Below are positions 17,105 to 32,839 of a DNA stretch of 64,000 nt, piece after piece (position 1 is the first letter of the stretch; the number at the start of each line of letters is the position of its first letter). The position numbers and the translations under genes were made by a program. The stretch comes from Lepidodermella squamata (lineage: Eukaryota; Animalia; Gastrotricha): the NCBI GenBank assembly GCA_047495785.1, contig JBLDXI010000019.1, forward strand, positions 1,426,001 to 1,490,000, given 5' to 3'. The notes under the pieces are model-generated. The model had not been told where the DNA came from. It ran no database searches and saw nothing but the letters and a program-made list of their open reading frames with translations.

Positions 17105-17892
17105 ATGAGTGAAGTTGCCGATGGCGACATTCCAGATTTGGAAGACTGTTCACATTTGATCAAGCAATGTTATAAACAGAAGGAAGTCATCGGCACGGAA
17201 GGTGAAGTGCCAGTGTAAGAGTTTGTAATTGCATGGTAAGGTTGCTGCAATCGAACATATATCCCTTTACAGCTCAGTTTTGGAGAGTAAACCTAATGAA
17301 AATCCGGCGACTTCTTCCACCGATGTTTTGCCGACGGTTTCCTCAGACTCCAAAGCTCAAACAGGACTCTCTACTGGTGCAGGATTCGGTGGTCTACGAA
17401 AGGGGTTTTTACTAGGATCTTCTGCGAAACAGAACATGAGCAATCAGAGTAAAGATAGCGCAATGCCGTTTATAAAGAAGACACCAGTCAACGAAACAAA
17501 CAGACTGGTAATTCAGGAAGTGCAGCAGACGTTAATTGACAAGAAATGTAAGTCGTAACTTTTAATAACAGTGGAGCATATTTTGAATTCTCTCTATCCG
17601 CAGCGGAATGGTTGACTGATGACTTGTTGAAAACGATTCAAGGTAGTGACGACGAGTTCATGGGAATGCTTTCTAATCCTGAATTTGCGAGTGTACTGTC
17701 AGAATTTCAAACTGACCCTCAAAAGGCTACCCTTAAATACCAAAGCAACAAAAAGATAATGAATTTCTTCACCAAGTTTGCTCAAATAATGGGTTGGTTT
17801 TGATTTATCTTAGTATTAACAAATTGAAGTATTGAATATAACCTTTTCTTTCAGGAGAACATTTCATGAAACTTGGTGCAAAAAGTAAATGA
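17105..17892 (+). CDS. Small STI1/HOP-DP-domain protein, 4 exons (17105-17214, 17273-17547, 17604-17792, ~17855-17892)
   Basis: GT-AG junctions give a continuous frame MSEVADGDIPDLEDCS...FGGLRKGFL...EWLTDDLL...MLSNPEFASVLSEFQTDPQKATLKY...GEHFMKLG. The NP/DP helical pattern is typical of STI1 repeats. Confidence 0.7.
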
Positions 17893-18077
17893 ACAGACCT
17901 CAAGTTGCTTGTGATTATGTGATGCTTCTGGTTATGACCAAATCCGAGAATGTTTTCAAAACAATAAAACGAAAAAATTGAAGAACTATTTTATTTTCTT
18001 TCTATCAAAAAAATCACGTGAAAAATCCAACGAATATGAGTTACAACGGGCAAAATCAGCTAGCTATTCAGTGAACG

Positions 18078-18957
18078 TTATCTCTTTTCCATTTTAGTTT
18101 TCGGGGGCTTATAACCTGCAACTTTCGGTTTTTTGTTGAAGCTTTGCCACGACTGCACCCGAGAATCGCGCGATTCGTCGTAATTTTTCTTGAATTCTGC
18201 TTCCAACTCGGCCTTCTCTTTGGCCAATTCTTCTTCTTCGAGTTTGCGCTTTTTATCCGCGGCTTCGCGCATTTCATGCTGCTGGCGCAATCGTTCCAAA
18301 TCTGCGAATAATTTGCATATCTGAGCAGCAACTGCCTTCTTGTAATCTTCTGGATCATCCTCAGGAATTTTGTCGAGACCTTTCTTTTTGTAATCTTTGC
18401 GTTTCTTCTCAAGAGATTCATCAACTTTTCGAGTTGCTTCTTCAACGATGTCCCGACACCGTTTGTAGCCCTCTTCATTTTGTAGAATTTTCCACGATTT
18501 ACTTACAGCGTCGAATGCTTTTTGTGCTCGCTCCTTATCATCAGGATTTTTATCAGGATGGACTAGAATAGAAAGACGCCGAAATTTCTGCTTTATGTCG
18601 TTGATTGTAGAGTCAGGATCAATTTGCAACACATCGAACGGGTTTAAATTTGAGTATGTGGAACCTGGGAAATAGCAAGGTAAACAAATTACCACAGTTG
18701 AGAAAAATGTGAGTACCTGGACGATTGAGACGATCGATTTGCTGCTTTGAGGTCAATACTGAGTCGCGTTTTTCGATTGATTTAATCTAGATAAATAAAT
18801 GTAAGGCTGGGTGCACTATAAAAATTAGTTTAGCTACCTCGGCGTAAAATGATGCGAATGTCTTATCGTCCATCTCCAAATCTTTCTGCCATTCGACATG
18901 CTCTTTCTTGATACCATCCTTCCCATTGACCGCCGATGACGAAGCATTAGCCGCCAT
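18078..18957 (-). CDS. DNAJC8: DnaJ homolog subfamily C member 8 (Spf31), 3 exons (18957-18838, 18786-18717, 18664-18078)
   Basis: IEKRDSVLTSKQQIDRLNRPGSTYSNLNPFDVLQ, J-domain HPDKN, C-terminal ESRDSRVQSWQSF...KPPKTKMEKR. Confidence 0.95.
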
Positions 18958-19301
18958 GGATTTCGGACAGAAAATAGTAAAAATCTAGACTTGGATAGAA
19001 TATTTGTAAATTTGCATGTCTTTCATTTTCGAATTCATAAAAATTAGCAGTCATTATACGCGGTTCGTGCAAGATACCCGAATAAAAATAGCACGATTTC
19101 GAACAAAATAACAGCGTCGAATGAATGGAGCAAAAGCAAGATAAAATCATATTTTTCACACAATTGAATGAAGAACAAAGCGCCCAATTGCTTTAATTTA
19201 ACATGCCAGTATTGATGGAATTGCAAAATAAATAATAAAGAAGACCAGATAAAGAAATATATTCATATACCGTTCGTATAGCACTCGGCTGAAAATAATT
19301 G

Positions 19302-22300
19302 CTAGACAGAATCATCTCTTGTTAGTTTGAAATATTGCGAATCCACAATAGGCCACGCAGTTGCCCATGAAATCATCTTAGTCAAAGCAATACGACTTGA
19401 ACCGACAAATTTGATGATTTGAGAATTTGACACCGTAGAATTCAATGAAATCAGGCCAGGATTAGTGGGATGCACCTTCACTTTAGCAACAAGCGATAGC
19501 TCAGCGGGCCAAATGTCGGTTTTAGGCAAATTCCACATAAAAAGCTTGTTGAAAAGGGGCTGCGAGCCAGGCGGCGAAAGATCAGTCCGAAATTTGACGG
19601 AGTTAGAATTCAGTTCATCGATAGCAAATTTGCTGCCGGGCGTGCAGTCCCTAACGAACAATGTTACCCTAGCACGGCCTGTGACATTATTTTCGTCGTA
19701 GAATAAATTAACACCACGGTGGACAAGAACTTCCAGCACGGGAGATTCCGGATTCCGCACGCTAACTGTCATCCATAACTGACCACCCTGAGGTAGATTG
19801 GTAGCATTCACTGAACGAACAAAGCCAGAAGCTGAGCGTAAATCCATTGGGCGAACTTTGAAGAATTTTGAAATCGAAGCAGATCGCCGAACCTCCAAAG
19901 ATAAACTGAACAAGGTTTGAAGGAAAGTGTTGATCTCCAATTGCCGTTTCCTTGCATTATCGCGATTTTCAGTGCTACTGCGTGTTTTGAACGCAGCAAT
20001 TTGCTGTGAGAGAACCGGGAATTCCGCAATCAAACTTTCTCGTAAATCGTTAATCTCAGAAAATCGGCGGAATATTAACAATGGACCACCGCCAGCCGTT
20101 AGAGTCAAATTTGTCACTTGCTCAGGATATACTGAAATACATTAAAACGTGTTTAAAGAATGCTCTGCAATTTTTTGAAAGTCGCGAGTTCTCACCTGCG
20201 ATTTGGAACATGTAGTGCTTGACCGGGTAGCGAACTTTGTGAAATTCAGTGACCTCGGCGAAGACCAGTGATTCAACGGGGACATTCAGGGCATCGAACG
20301 CAGCCGGGCCCTTGCCTTGTTGCGAAATAGTCGGAAGCACAGGTGGTTGCTTTTCAAACGACTGAGCAATCGAGTGGATAAAGAAGTTAAATTGGGGCGC
20401 CACTGATTTCAGCGATTTGTTGATCATTCGCTCAAACGCAGCACTGGCCTCAGCATCGGATAAATTGAGCATAAGGCAGTCTTTGAGATATTGGACGTTT
20501 TGATAAGGAAATCGCAGTGATTTTACAGCAGCTAGTAGCATTGATTCACCTCGCCGTCGCACTAAATTGAAAGCTAAACAGCACGTGTCGACGAACTGCC
20601 GATAGCCGGCTTGCGCGAAATCCTGACCGAATTCTTGCCCGCCGGCTATTAGCATCGCCATCGCGTCTGTGAAAACAAACGGCACACGATCTCGTTTGAC
20701 TCCAGCGATTTTCTCAGCATCGCCAAACAAACGACCGAAATCGATGTGAAACAAGTGACCGGTTGTTCGATTTAGCAAAATGTTGTCGTTATGACGATCG
20801 CCGACTCCGATCAAATAAGAAGCTACGCACCAAGCGGCACAAGTTCGGGTAAAAGTGTCGATAACAGCCGGGTCCAGTTGCTTATCGACGCCATGTTTTG
20901 AAAACCAGTCAATCAACGCGGTTTTTGACATCCCGCCACCTTGAGCGACTCGCAACTGGTCAACGTCGGGTACAAATTCAATAATGCCCTGCCGAAAATC
21001 GGTAGGCAGCACTCGGTAGGTCACAACTCTAAAAACGTTTAACGTATATGGGTAATTTCAAGTAAATAACCTCGCTGACCTTAAATCCAACTGACAGGAC
21101 ATCCAAATATAATCCATCAGCCTGACAAGCTGTAGAGCAACCATATCGTTTCGAAGATCGTCGCCAACTTTCACGATACACATCAAGGGATCAGTTGTAT
21201 GACCAGCGTCTTCACTTGGGGTAAATTTGAGACGCAGAGGTGCAGCGCGAGATGACAGGACAGCGCATTCCTGAGCGTCCAGACCAGAGAGCCGACTATC
21301 AGCCCCGCCAACGCATGGGAAGGTAAAAACACTGGGTAAATCAGCCTGATGATTGACAATGTAACTCTTCAATTCGCGTTGCAAATCGACGTGTTTTGAG
21401 CTATTCTTAGCATTGTAAATCTTCTCAGCCATCGTCATTACGTGCATCACTGCGAAGTGCTGATTCGTAATCTCTTCAACAAAAGCTGTTCCAGTCATTT
21501 TCGAGCGCAGAAGTAGCGACAAGGCGCTGTAAAACGACCGACAGCAAACAAAATCGCAGTTATTCGCTTCGTAAGCGAGAAGCCAGTACAAGGTGACCGA
21601 TAGTTCATGGTTTTCTGAGCATCGTTTAATCAACGCTTGGGCTAACAACCAGCCGTGTTTGCGAAGCGCCTGGACAAACTGCGGCATGCACATGTCAATC
21701 ACAGAATCAGGGCAAATTTTTCTCGATAAAATGGCAGCTAAAATCTCGGTAACAATCGGGCTGGTTAAACCGGGTAGCAACAGCCGTAATATTGATAAAG
21801 GATCACCTGGCAATACTGGCCATTCGGTTATAAATGTCACGAGCTCGTTGAAAACGTGCGGCGAATTCGAAGGCGCAGACCACAACACAATTGGCAAAGC
21901 TTTCGGCTCGTTCTTCAGAAAATCTCGGTGACTCCAAAAGAAAGACTTATCATCATCGCCCAAACTGCTCAAATCTGAGAAAATGAGCCGAAACAAACGC
22001 TCTTCGACGCTAGGCAGCATTGTTGTCGAATTAGAAATTCCGCTATATGGATTTATCACGAAATTAGTCTTCACGTAAAGTGAGTGATCTGCTTGAAAAT
22101 TGGCAATCAGCAAGAGGCAAGTAGAATCATTCGTATTTATGCACGAACATAATGTACGGTCAACTTGGGCATTAAACATCTCTCCCGGCCAAAGAGGAAT
22201 CACTTGAAGACCAGACTTCAAACATCCGTCTTGATCGAAAAGCGGAATGTTAGCCCAACCGATCATTGATCGTCTCGAAGCCTGAGCTCCAGGAATAGGC

Positions 22301-23796
22301 GTGTGGCGATCAGATGTTGACGCAGTTCTTCCATGAGAGTCCACGAGAGGAATAACAGTGTAAATTCGGATAGCCAAGCGAGCCCTTGGCGATAGATTGT
22401 CCAAATAAGTCAGTGGTAGTATGTAATCGTCTTCATTTGATAGAAAAGTCAGCGTGTTGGGTTGGGAGCACATTAGCTTGTGCTCGAATGTGTAACAGAC
22501 GGAACCCAGATCCGAAATAAGATTTCCATCCAGATCGCAAATGCTAGATTCAACAACAGTTGGAGGTATTTGAACTTGATCTTCACAATAAACGCGATGC
22601 AGTGAAGACAAGCTCAGTGAAAATCGGCCTCTTGCGCCTCTTTCCACATCGCAATTACGCTCGCTGAACGATGCATTGCCAGATAGATTAAGGCGAAGTT
22701 TGAATGGCACATTGAACGCTTCGGAATAAGCATTGACGAATTCTACCACTGATTTGGCACTTCGATGGCACAGCTGGACGATATTTTGGGTAGGAAGAAC
22801 GGACGAAGCCAACTTTTCAAACTGCGCTATCAAACGTCGAAACAAGGGCGTGTGTTGCAAATTCATCGATGCTTCGACTTCTCTAAACGCGGCAGCCGTG
22901 TTTTGATAAATTATTCTAGGTACAACATTTGACGCTTGGATGCGTAGAGGATTTGAGACCAGCTTTAGCTGTTCATCCAATTGCTTCAAGGCCCGTTCTA
23001 GCATCTTTTGGCATGTAAGGTCTTTCTTGCGGTGAAATTCGAAAACCTGCCCAGGACGAGGTAGTTTTCCAATAGCTAACACGAGTTGGACCGGCTGCAG
23101 AGAAAAGCGAAGAGCATCAGCAAAAACACGGTATTCTCCCAGCTTTCCGTTGCCTGATAAGCATTCGTTCGTCCTGGCGCAGTGAAGCTCAAACGCTGCT
23201 TTAGTTGACAATATTCCAGAGTTATACGTTTCATCGATTGTTCCCAATACTTTACACACCATGTCCGATACTGTCGACTGAATGCACTCAGTAAATTCTA
23301 TAGTAGGCTGATCGGGTAAACAAAGCACCTTGACGTTGACTTTGAGGAAGAATATGCCATCTACGGGAACATCGGCAAATGCTAATGAACGATTGCTTGA
23401 GCGCTGTATATCAGAATCCGAATCCAGGCAGTCTTCTGAGTTTTTAAGCGGCGAATTTCTGATTACGTTAAAAAAGCACGCATCGGTTGAATTGATCAAA
23501 TATTCATTTGTCGAGCTATCTAGTGGCAATGAAACAGAGGACAGCGCATCATTTGTGGCAGATGTTCCTAGTTCAGCTCGGATCATTGGCGTAGTAGGAC
23601 GCGGTTTTTGGATAGCTCCATTGCCCGTTTCACGAACAGGCACAGGCGGAGCCTGATTCCAGTCAGAGTTTGAAGTGAGTGCTTGAGTCGACGTCGATGA
23701 TGCTCCATTTTGACTTGCAGGTGTATGAAGCGGGTCGAACAGTTGCAATATGTTGGAATAGTCAGACGACTTAGAGGGAACTGTCACGTTTTCCAT
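19302..23796 (-). CDS. PIK3C2A: Class II phosphoinositide 3-kinase, 3 exons (23796-21080, 21028-20196, 20131-19302)
   Basis: RBD-like, C2 (IGWANIPLFD) and helical regions, kinase (KVGDDLRND, GDRHNDN, HIDFG, RDRVPFVFT), then PX (IFRRFSEINDLRESL) and a C-terminal C2 domain, which is diagnostic of class II. Confidence 0.9.
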
Positions 23797-24782
23797 TAAC
23801 CATTAAATCGTATTTCAGAGACAATATAACGTCGGTCCTATTACAATAGTATCATCGTGCAATGTCATAATTACTTGCAGGTTGAATAGCTTCAAGCTTG
23901 GGATAAGCGTACACGAACTTTCCACAAAGAGTGTTGGAAAGTGAAGTCTCGAATTGACGAATTGAAAAGGAGGATGATCAAAAGAATGATCAAATTCGGT
24001 AAAAGAGTATTATTATCATTTCCATGCAAAAATTGGAACTAAGAATAAATATCATACATCGCTATAAGAGAACTCTTATGCTATATTGCTATATGCTTTG
24101 CGCCAAGATTACACCTTTGCACCTTCAAACGTCAAGCGCAAGAGGTCCAAGGGGTCCAAAGACGGGACCAGGCGATGCGCCAAGAAGGTCCATCTCATTC
24201 CTTTCCCCACCCTCGGTAAAAACCACCCAACGTGCAATTAACAAATAATTTATATTAAAGATTTGTGAAAATGTCATAAATCAATGAAAAATTAGAACAT
24301 ACATAAAACTGCATATTGTGTTCTTTATTATACTTCAAAATCAAACTAAATTATGCACTTGGCGCCAAAATTTTAAGTTATGTGATGAGTCAAAAAAAGT
24401 AACGCGCGGAAAGTATAAAGAAGTAGGGCGTGCTGGAAAACGATTTTTGGCCTGATGTTTTCAACTTTAAAACGCGCTGCTCTCGCTAGAATTGGCGATT
24501 TACTAGTTGCGTCTGTATAGAAGAAGTACTTTTTACGACTTATAATCGCCAGGGCGGGAGAAGTCAGTAGCCTCAAGTCAGCTTAAAAATTCGAGATGAC
24601 GTAATGCGGAGTAGTAGTACTTACCTTACTATATTATGGCCTTGAATATTGTGTAGGTTAGATGTACCCCATACGTAATGAAAGAGACGAGAGAAGATGT
24701 TATTCCGAATGTTTTCAAATCGGCTTTATTTATTTTATTTATTTATTTATTGACCGTAGAACCTCCGTTGTTGTGACTAATT

Positions 24783-26800
<2,018 letters not shown>

Positions 26801-28142
26801 GGCTTCTTTGATTGTTGTTTCGAGAGTTGAGTAATCAGAATAAAAATTTGCGGTTTTTAACGGAGAAAATGCTTTCTGATCTCAAATAGACCTGAAACCC
26901 ACCCAATGATCCAACGAACAACAGGCAAAAGTAATAGGATTGGACATTCTTAGATAGCAGGGTTCAAAAGAGATACTTATGGCAATTCGTCTCTGAACTT
27001 GATTTTTTAGATTCAGCATTTGAAATTATTTTTAAGACTAATTAGACCAAAAAAATATTTCCGACTTCGAATTACGGGGTTTTACCATATTACTTTGGGA
27101 CACTGGGGAATTTTCGTATTTTCTTTCTCGTTATTCTTAATTTTTTGCCGTTTACAGTAACAAATGCCGCTCAGTTGCAACCATTCTGGGCGTTATACTC
27201 CGGCATCGCCAGTCCATTGACATCCGCGGCGCGTTCGGCTTGCGCCTCGCCAGCAACTGTACCGCACGGAACGCCGAACTGCGACTGCCACGTTCGCAAA
27301 GTCAACACGTCTCCCACCCACAACACGCCGTCTTTACTGGCGACCTTCTGCAATAACCAAAACTCGATGCAACAGCAACGCATCGCCAGCAGTGGCTCGT
27401 TGATTTCAAGTCAAAGCGAGCCGGACGATAGCTAGACTTTTAAGACTTATTATCAGCCTAACGATCTTTGACTCTTTCTTGTTCTTGTTGTTGTTTTCAT
27501 CTCCTCGATTCACCCTCGACCGGTGACTGAAATCATTCGAGCTTGTTGATAATTGAATCCAACCTAATTTACCGCTAGTTTCTTTTCTTTGGTTGCTCCT
27601 AGCTTTTCAGGCTCTTTTTATCGTAAAAATCTCGAACAAGCAACGGATTAACTGAAAAGTCTTCCTCTACAACGTCAAAACACGTGCTCTCGTCAGCTTG
27701 CTTGTTGGATTTTTTCAAAAATAAGACTCAGCTTTGAACAATGTGCGTTCTTTCTCCCGGGTACTGAATTTAATAAAAGCCGGACTGTGCTGGAAAATGG
27801 TTGCGTTTTTTATTGAAAGACTACAAATGCAATACAGCGTGTCCCATAAGCATCGCAAACATGGAAAATATACGAAAAAAGGTTGGAAAGTCTAAGAACA
27901 GGAAAGTTCAAAAAGACACGAGAATGGCAATCAATTATGTCGCTTGTCATTGGGATTGAAAAAATACCGAAAATTACTGAATCAGACCCCAAATTTTCAA
28001 TGTTTTTCGGTAAAATCGCAAATAAAAGATAGAAGGTTTTCCCGGCAGGTTTTAGTTCAAAAAATATTGAAATTTCCAGCAAAAATTTGGAGAAATAGGA
28101 AATGGTTGCGGAATTTATGGGACACGCTGTATATTGGGATCA

Positions 28143-29555
28143 TTAGAGGTAAGGACTTTGCTGAAACATTTTAGGCGGATGGCATTTCCCGAGTTTGTCC
28201 TGAATTCTTTCGACAGTTTGCACAGCCGGATTTTTACCGTCGCTTCGCCACAGTTTTTCGCATAGATTCCGCCAACCCTGCCGTTTCGCATAATCGTACA
28301 CGTAGTTGTCATTCTTCGCATCGATTTCATAGCCGTGTTCGTAGGCGGGGTTCAACTCGCGCTGCCATTGGTAGAATCTAGTCAAATTCTCAGCCGCTTC
28401 AGGTCGAGAAAGCTCGCTCATAACCTTAGCTAAATCATCGATCATCCGAGGCATGTCGGCACTGAAATAAACCCCAGCGTCGATGTAGCTGCCTTCAGGA
28501 AAAAATCGGCTATAATTAGCCCGGCCGTACAGAATTGGAATCGTGCCAGCAATGAAATTAGCGTAATAAGCATGAAACGCCTTTTCGGTTATGTAGTCGT
28601 CGCAAAGCGAATTTTCCAGCGCGAGGTAAAATCGGTAATTCGAAAAGAAATCCCGCTCGCCATTATCGCCCTTTTTCCACAAATCATCCGGAGGCCCATT
28701 CGTATCACCGCATCTGCCCCAAATATCGACAGATATATTTGCCAGCTTGAGATTGGCAATAATTGACTCTCTAAACGATTGGGACCTGTGAAAAAAGCGA
28801 AATACAACAACATTTCATTTCGCGGGCTATTTATACCAGCAGTTACTTGCGAGCCAGACGCAGCTTTTCGGCCTTTTCGGGAATGAATCAACGAACGATT
28901 TGATCTTCAAACTAGTCGCTAACACACTAGCCTCATTGATTTTTTCCGTCTTCCTAAGATAGCCATAGGGAGCGTAAACGTCAGCCGTTTTGATGTAGCT
29001 CATAGTCCAGTTGAAACCAATATTGTTAACAAGTTGCCATTCGGGGTCAAAATTAAAACCGCTGTGATTTGGCGATTCAATCAAGTAGAAAATCCAATAT
29101 TGACGGGGTGTTCGTAGCTGCGGATTCGGCAAATCCTCCAACTTGATGTCTCGACCATGAAAAATGACCGCGTCTGAATCGCGTAGGCTCTTTCGATTTG
29201 TCGTGAAAAAGCATCGCCGATCGTTACCGATATCAACCCAGGGGCCGTGGTTCCTTTCGAAATGATCTGTCCATCGAGGATTGCTGAAGAAGTTTGTCCA
29301 GAGCAGAATTGTTTTTGGCAACTTTTGCGAATTTTGCGGCTGGTTTTGGGACAATTTTTCAGCGATTAGAACCGGCGCACTCGCGTCTAACGGGCTAATA
29401 TCGTAGTGATAAGCGATGATGTGGAAAGTTACTAAGGTGGTAATAATTAGCGCGAAAAAAGTTTTGACGAGAAACTTCCGCCGCTGGTTATCGACAGCGT
29501 CCTCTTTGTGATTGCGGTAGACAGTGATAGGTTTCAACGGTATCTGATGATTCAT
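28143..29555 (-). CDS. Alpha-1,3-fucosyltransferase (GT10), 2 exons (29555-28837, 28785-28143)
   Basis: Type II TM, ILLWT, DAVIFH, QYWIFYLIESP, FNWTMSY and the GT10 motif YRFYLALENSLCDDYITEK. Confidence 0.92.
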
Positions 29556-30575
29556 TTAATAATGCTGTCACTATATATCAGCTCAGAGTGAGCTATTCTA
29601 TTATTTAACTCTGTGAAGCGAGTTGAACTGAGCGTTTTCGTGAGGCCCATTAAAAACGCGATGAGTCTGCGTCGGCGCGTCGAAGAACCGCTAAACATAA
29701 CAAACGGGTCAACTGACGGTCACCTTAGACATGGCAACGCGCGAGAGACACTAGATGTTCGAAGATATAGGCACCTACAGTTTGCGGCACACGTTCCGTG
29801 AGGCACTTGAAAAATTCTTTTATTATTTTTCTTATATACGGCGAAGAAAACATTGAAATAGCGCGAAAATAGAAGCGTGTTGTTCTCAATGACTGTCCGG
29901 ATCAAAATGTTGTAAGGATTAACGTTATGGAAACTCTTAGAAAATTAAATGTCGATAAATCAGGATTAAAGCATGAATCACGTCCACAGGCAGTTAGGCG
30001 GACCAAACCAAGCTATATATTTAGGCTGTATGTTTAAAAATATACTCCCTCGCTCTTAATGCAATACTCTAGCTGATCCTATTTAGGTCAAAAATAGTAG
30101 GATAGGGATTCTCAAACTGGGTCCTTTTTCCGTGGGTCGGAGAATCAGCTGTGGGGTTGGGGGTCGCCTGATGGTCCCTGTCCCAGAAAATTAGGGTTAG
30201 CTGATGCTCGCTTTGGTTAGACCCCAGCTTATGGATTTATTTTCAAGAAATTATTCGAAAAATTGGTGATATTTGATTCTTCGCAGAATTACAGAATTCA
30301 CCTTATATCCTTAAAGTTATTAATAAAAAATGAAAAATTATCAGTTATAGTAAAAAAAATCGGGATTTTGCTATGATTTCGCGTAACATGCTTCATGCAT
30401 AAGCGCTGCCTCCATCACGTTATTCCTCACAGCTTTTTTTACTCAATTGAAATCATTGAAATTTAGTTACGAATATTGATATCATTTTTGATCAAGAAGA
30501 CCCAAACGTCGCCCAAGCGTCTATTATAGCGAAGTCTAAGGTCTTACCTTGAAACGCAAAAGCTCTCATCCTCAA

Positions 30576-30994
30576 TCACATGCTAATCACAAAGTAAGAA
30601 ATGGTTGAAACAACAATTGTCAGCGCTTTTGGAAAGTTAAGCTTCGACACAGAATTGCACAAATCCGTAAAGCAGCACGACGCTGGATTTTTCAAGGCAT
30701 TGCACTGGGATTCGCTCATGCAACCGCGCCAGTTACTTGTTCTAAAAAAAATGTTCGTAAAATATAAGACGAAAAATATGTTATAAGGACAGACATTCCA
30801 CAAGCGTAATCAGCTGCTATGCAGTCATGTTTTTTCCAGCGGCCGAATTCGTCGAAGCATTCGTGTCTGAACCTGTTGTTGTCGCAAGTGATGCAGGCAG
30901 TCACATATCCGGTGACATTGGCAGCGTTGATAGCCAGGGTACAAAAGGCAGCCAATAGGACGGGTGTCACTATCGATGGCCTTTGGTCGAACAT
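30576..30994 (-). CDS. Ly6/uPAR three-finger protein, probably GPI-anchored, 2 exons (30994-30795, 30741-30576)
   Basis: Signal peptide, 10 Cys after splicing that end in CCFTDLCN, and a hydrophobic C-terminal tail. The donor GTCTGT is weak but the frame is consistent. Confidence 0.8.
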
Positions 30995-31442
30995 TTAAAA
31001 ATTCCAGCTATAAATAATTTTATCATAAATTTGATTAAATTAATTATTATGAAGGAATTTTTTGCCATTTCCAAAACCCGTAATTTTGTGGGGAAAAGTC
31101 ACAATTTAATTATATATTATTACTTTTGGCCGCACCGACGACGATATATCGTCAAATCCGGATAACGTTAAATATTAGGTTTTCAACATATTTACGTCTC
31201 AGAGTCCAATATTTGCATACACCCCGAAGCATGGTAGGTAGTATCTAAACGAATGTCAGGGCTCCATCAAGTTATAATTCGGAAATAACAGATCCAACTT
31301 GATTTTTCAAATGAGAAATTTTAAAATTTCACAGAGAAATCTGTCAAGGTTAGTCTTGGAAAAACAAGACTTCTCGCTAATACTGATCAATTTATAGTGG
31401 AAAGGTACCAAATATTCATCGATGAAGTATATTTTATTGCTT

Positions 31443-32839
31443 TCACAACCGGCAGTGTCCGAAAGATTCTCTCAAATTTCTCACAATTGAATGAGCATTA
31501 ATATTGTTACTCCGCGAATAACAGGTGCTATTGCTTTTGCACGGCCGTAAATCATTTTGCCACAAGTTTCGGCACAGATTCTCCATGCCTCGCATTAGAT
31601 GGCGTTTTATTATCAATTTGTCATTCTTGTCATCCTCTATCGCGTATTGCCGCTGCCAGGCAAAGTACGGTTCAATTGTTTTGCTGTCATTCGTCCTCGT
31701 CAGATTGATCAGCAAAGCGCCGAAATCCTCGATACTATCGAATGCATGAGCGTCAATATAAGAACCAGCGGGTAGAAATTTCGAGTAATCAGCTCCACCG
31801 TAAACAACAGGTATAACACCGTATCGCTGACTCAATCGCAAAGCACGAGCTGCTTTTTCTGTCAGATAATCATCGCAGAATGAATTCTCAAACGCGAAAT
31901 AAAATCGGTAGGCAGCGTAAAACGAGTCACCGGCTGGCTGTAGTTTGCTATTGCTACAAGAGCCAACAGCGTCGATATCTAGGCCAAGCCACAACAATGA
32001 CCTAACAATTTCTTCTCGGTGGCTTGATGTTCTATTCAAAGAGATTTTAAGATTTATTTCAAGATTTGAATGATATTTCATACCCGCAATTGCTGCTCAT
32101 CCATAGCGCTGTTTTATTTTTTGATATAAAATCTCGGGAAAACTGCTGAATTTTTGTCTCAACGTCTTCGGCTGAGGTATTATCTCGCCTCAAGACTTGG
32201 AAATAGGGCGCATAAACGTCGCTTGACGGTCGGTAGCTCATTGTCCAATTAAAGCGGAGTGAGTTGGCGACATACCAATGGCGAGTTTCAAAGTACGAAT
32301 AAACTGGGGATTCTAGGAGATAGAAAACCCAACGTTGCCAATCTAATCGAACACGTGGCAGCTCAGAAAATCTAGAACATGAAAAATACCTCTTCGCTCT
32401 AATTTTTCAATGTTTTTTACCTGAAATCTCGTCCGTGAAAAACGAGCGCGCTAGCTTTTGGTAGATATCGCCTCGATGTGGTCAGGTAACAATTCCGAAC
32501 GGTCTCATTGACCTCAATTTTCAGCAGTTGATCACCCAGTGTTTTAAACTCCGTCCATCTGGGGTCACCGAACCAAGACGTCCAAAGCACGACGATTTGC
32601 GTGTTTTCCCGCAATGTTTTGTTTCGAAGCAGGCCAACAAGCCTGTTGTCTGTGAAATACCGGTTCACACCTCGATTCCGATGGGCTAGTAACCTTTCCG
32701 CGAGCGAACATTGGCTGAGAAAATAACTGAGAAGTACTATTGTGATAAGCGATGCGATCAAAATAACGGCGTAAATCGCTCGAAAATGTTTGTAAAACCC
32801 GCCGAGTCCGCCTGCTTTAGTGTACCTGCGGCGCTGCAT
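31443..32839 (-). CDS. Alpha-1,3-fucosyltransferase (GT10), second paralog, 3 exons (32839-32421, 32371-32084, 32031-31443)
   Basis: Type II TM, VVLWT, ALVFHGRD, WVFYLLESP, FNWTMSYR and YRFYFAFENSFCDDYLTEK. The start codon is uncertain. Confidence 0.92.

Noticed and set aside
27145-27530. GC-rich patch with short ORFs on both strands
   Set aside because: No consistent spliced model or recognisable domain; a small gene cannot be excluded.
30103-30125. TAGGGATTCTCAAACTGG resembling a hAT terminus
   Set aside because: No partner inverted repeat or TSD found.
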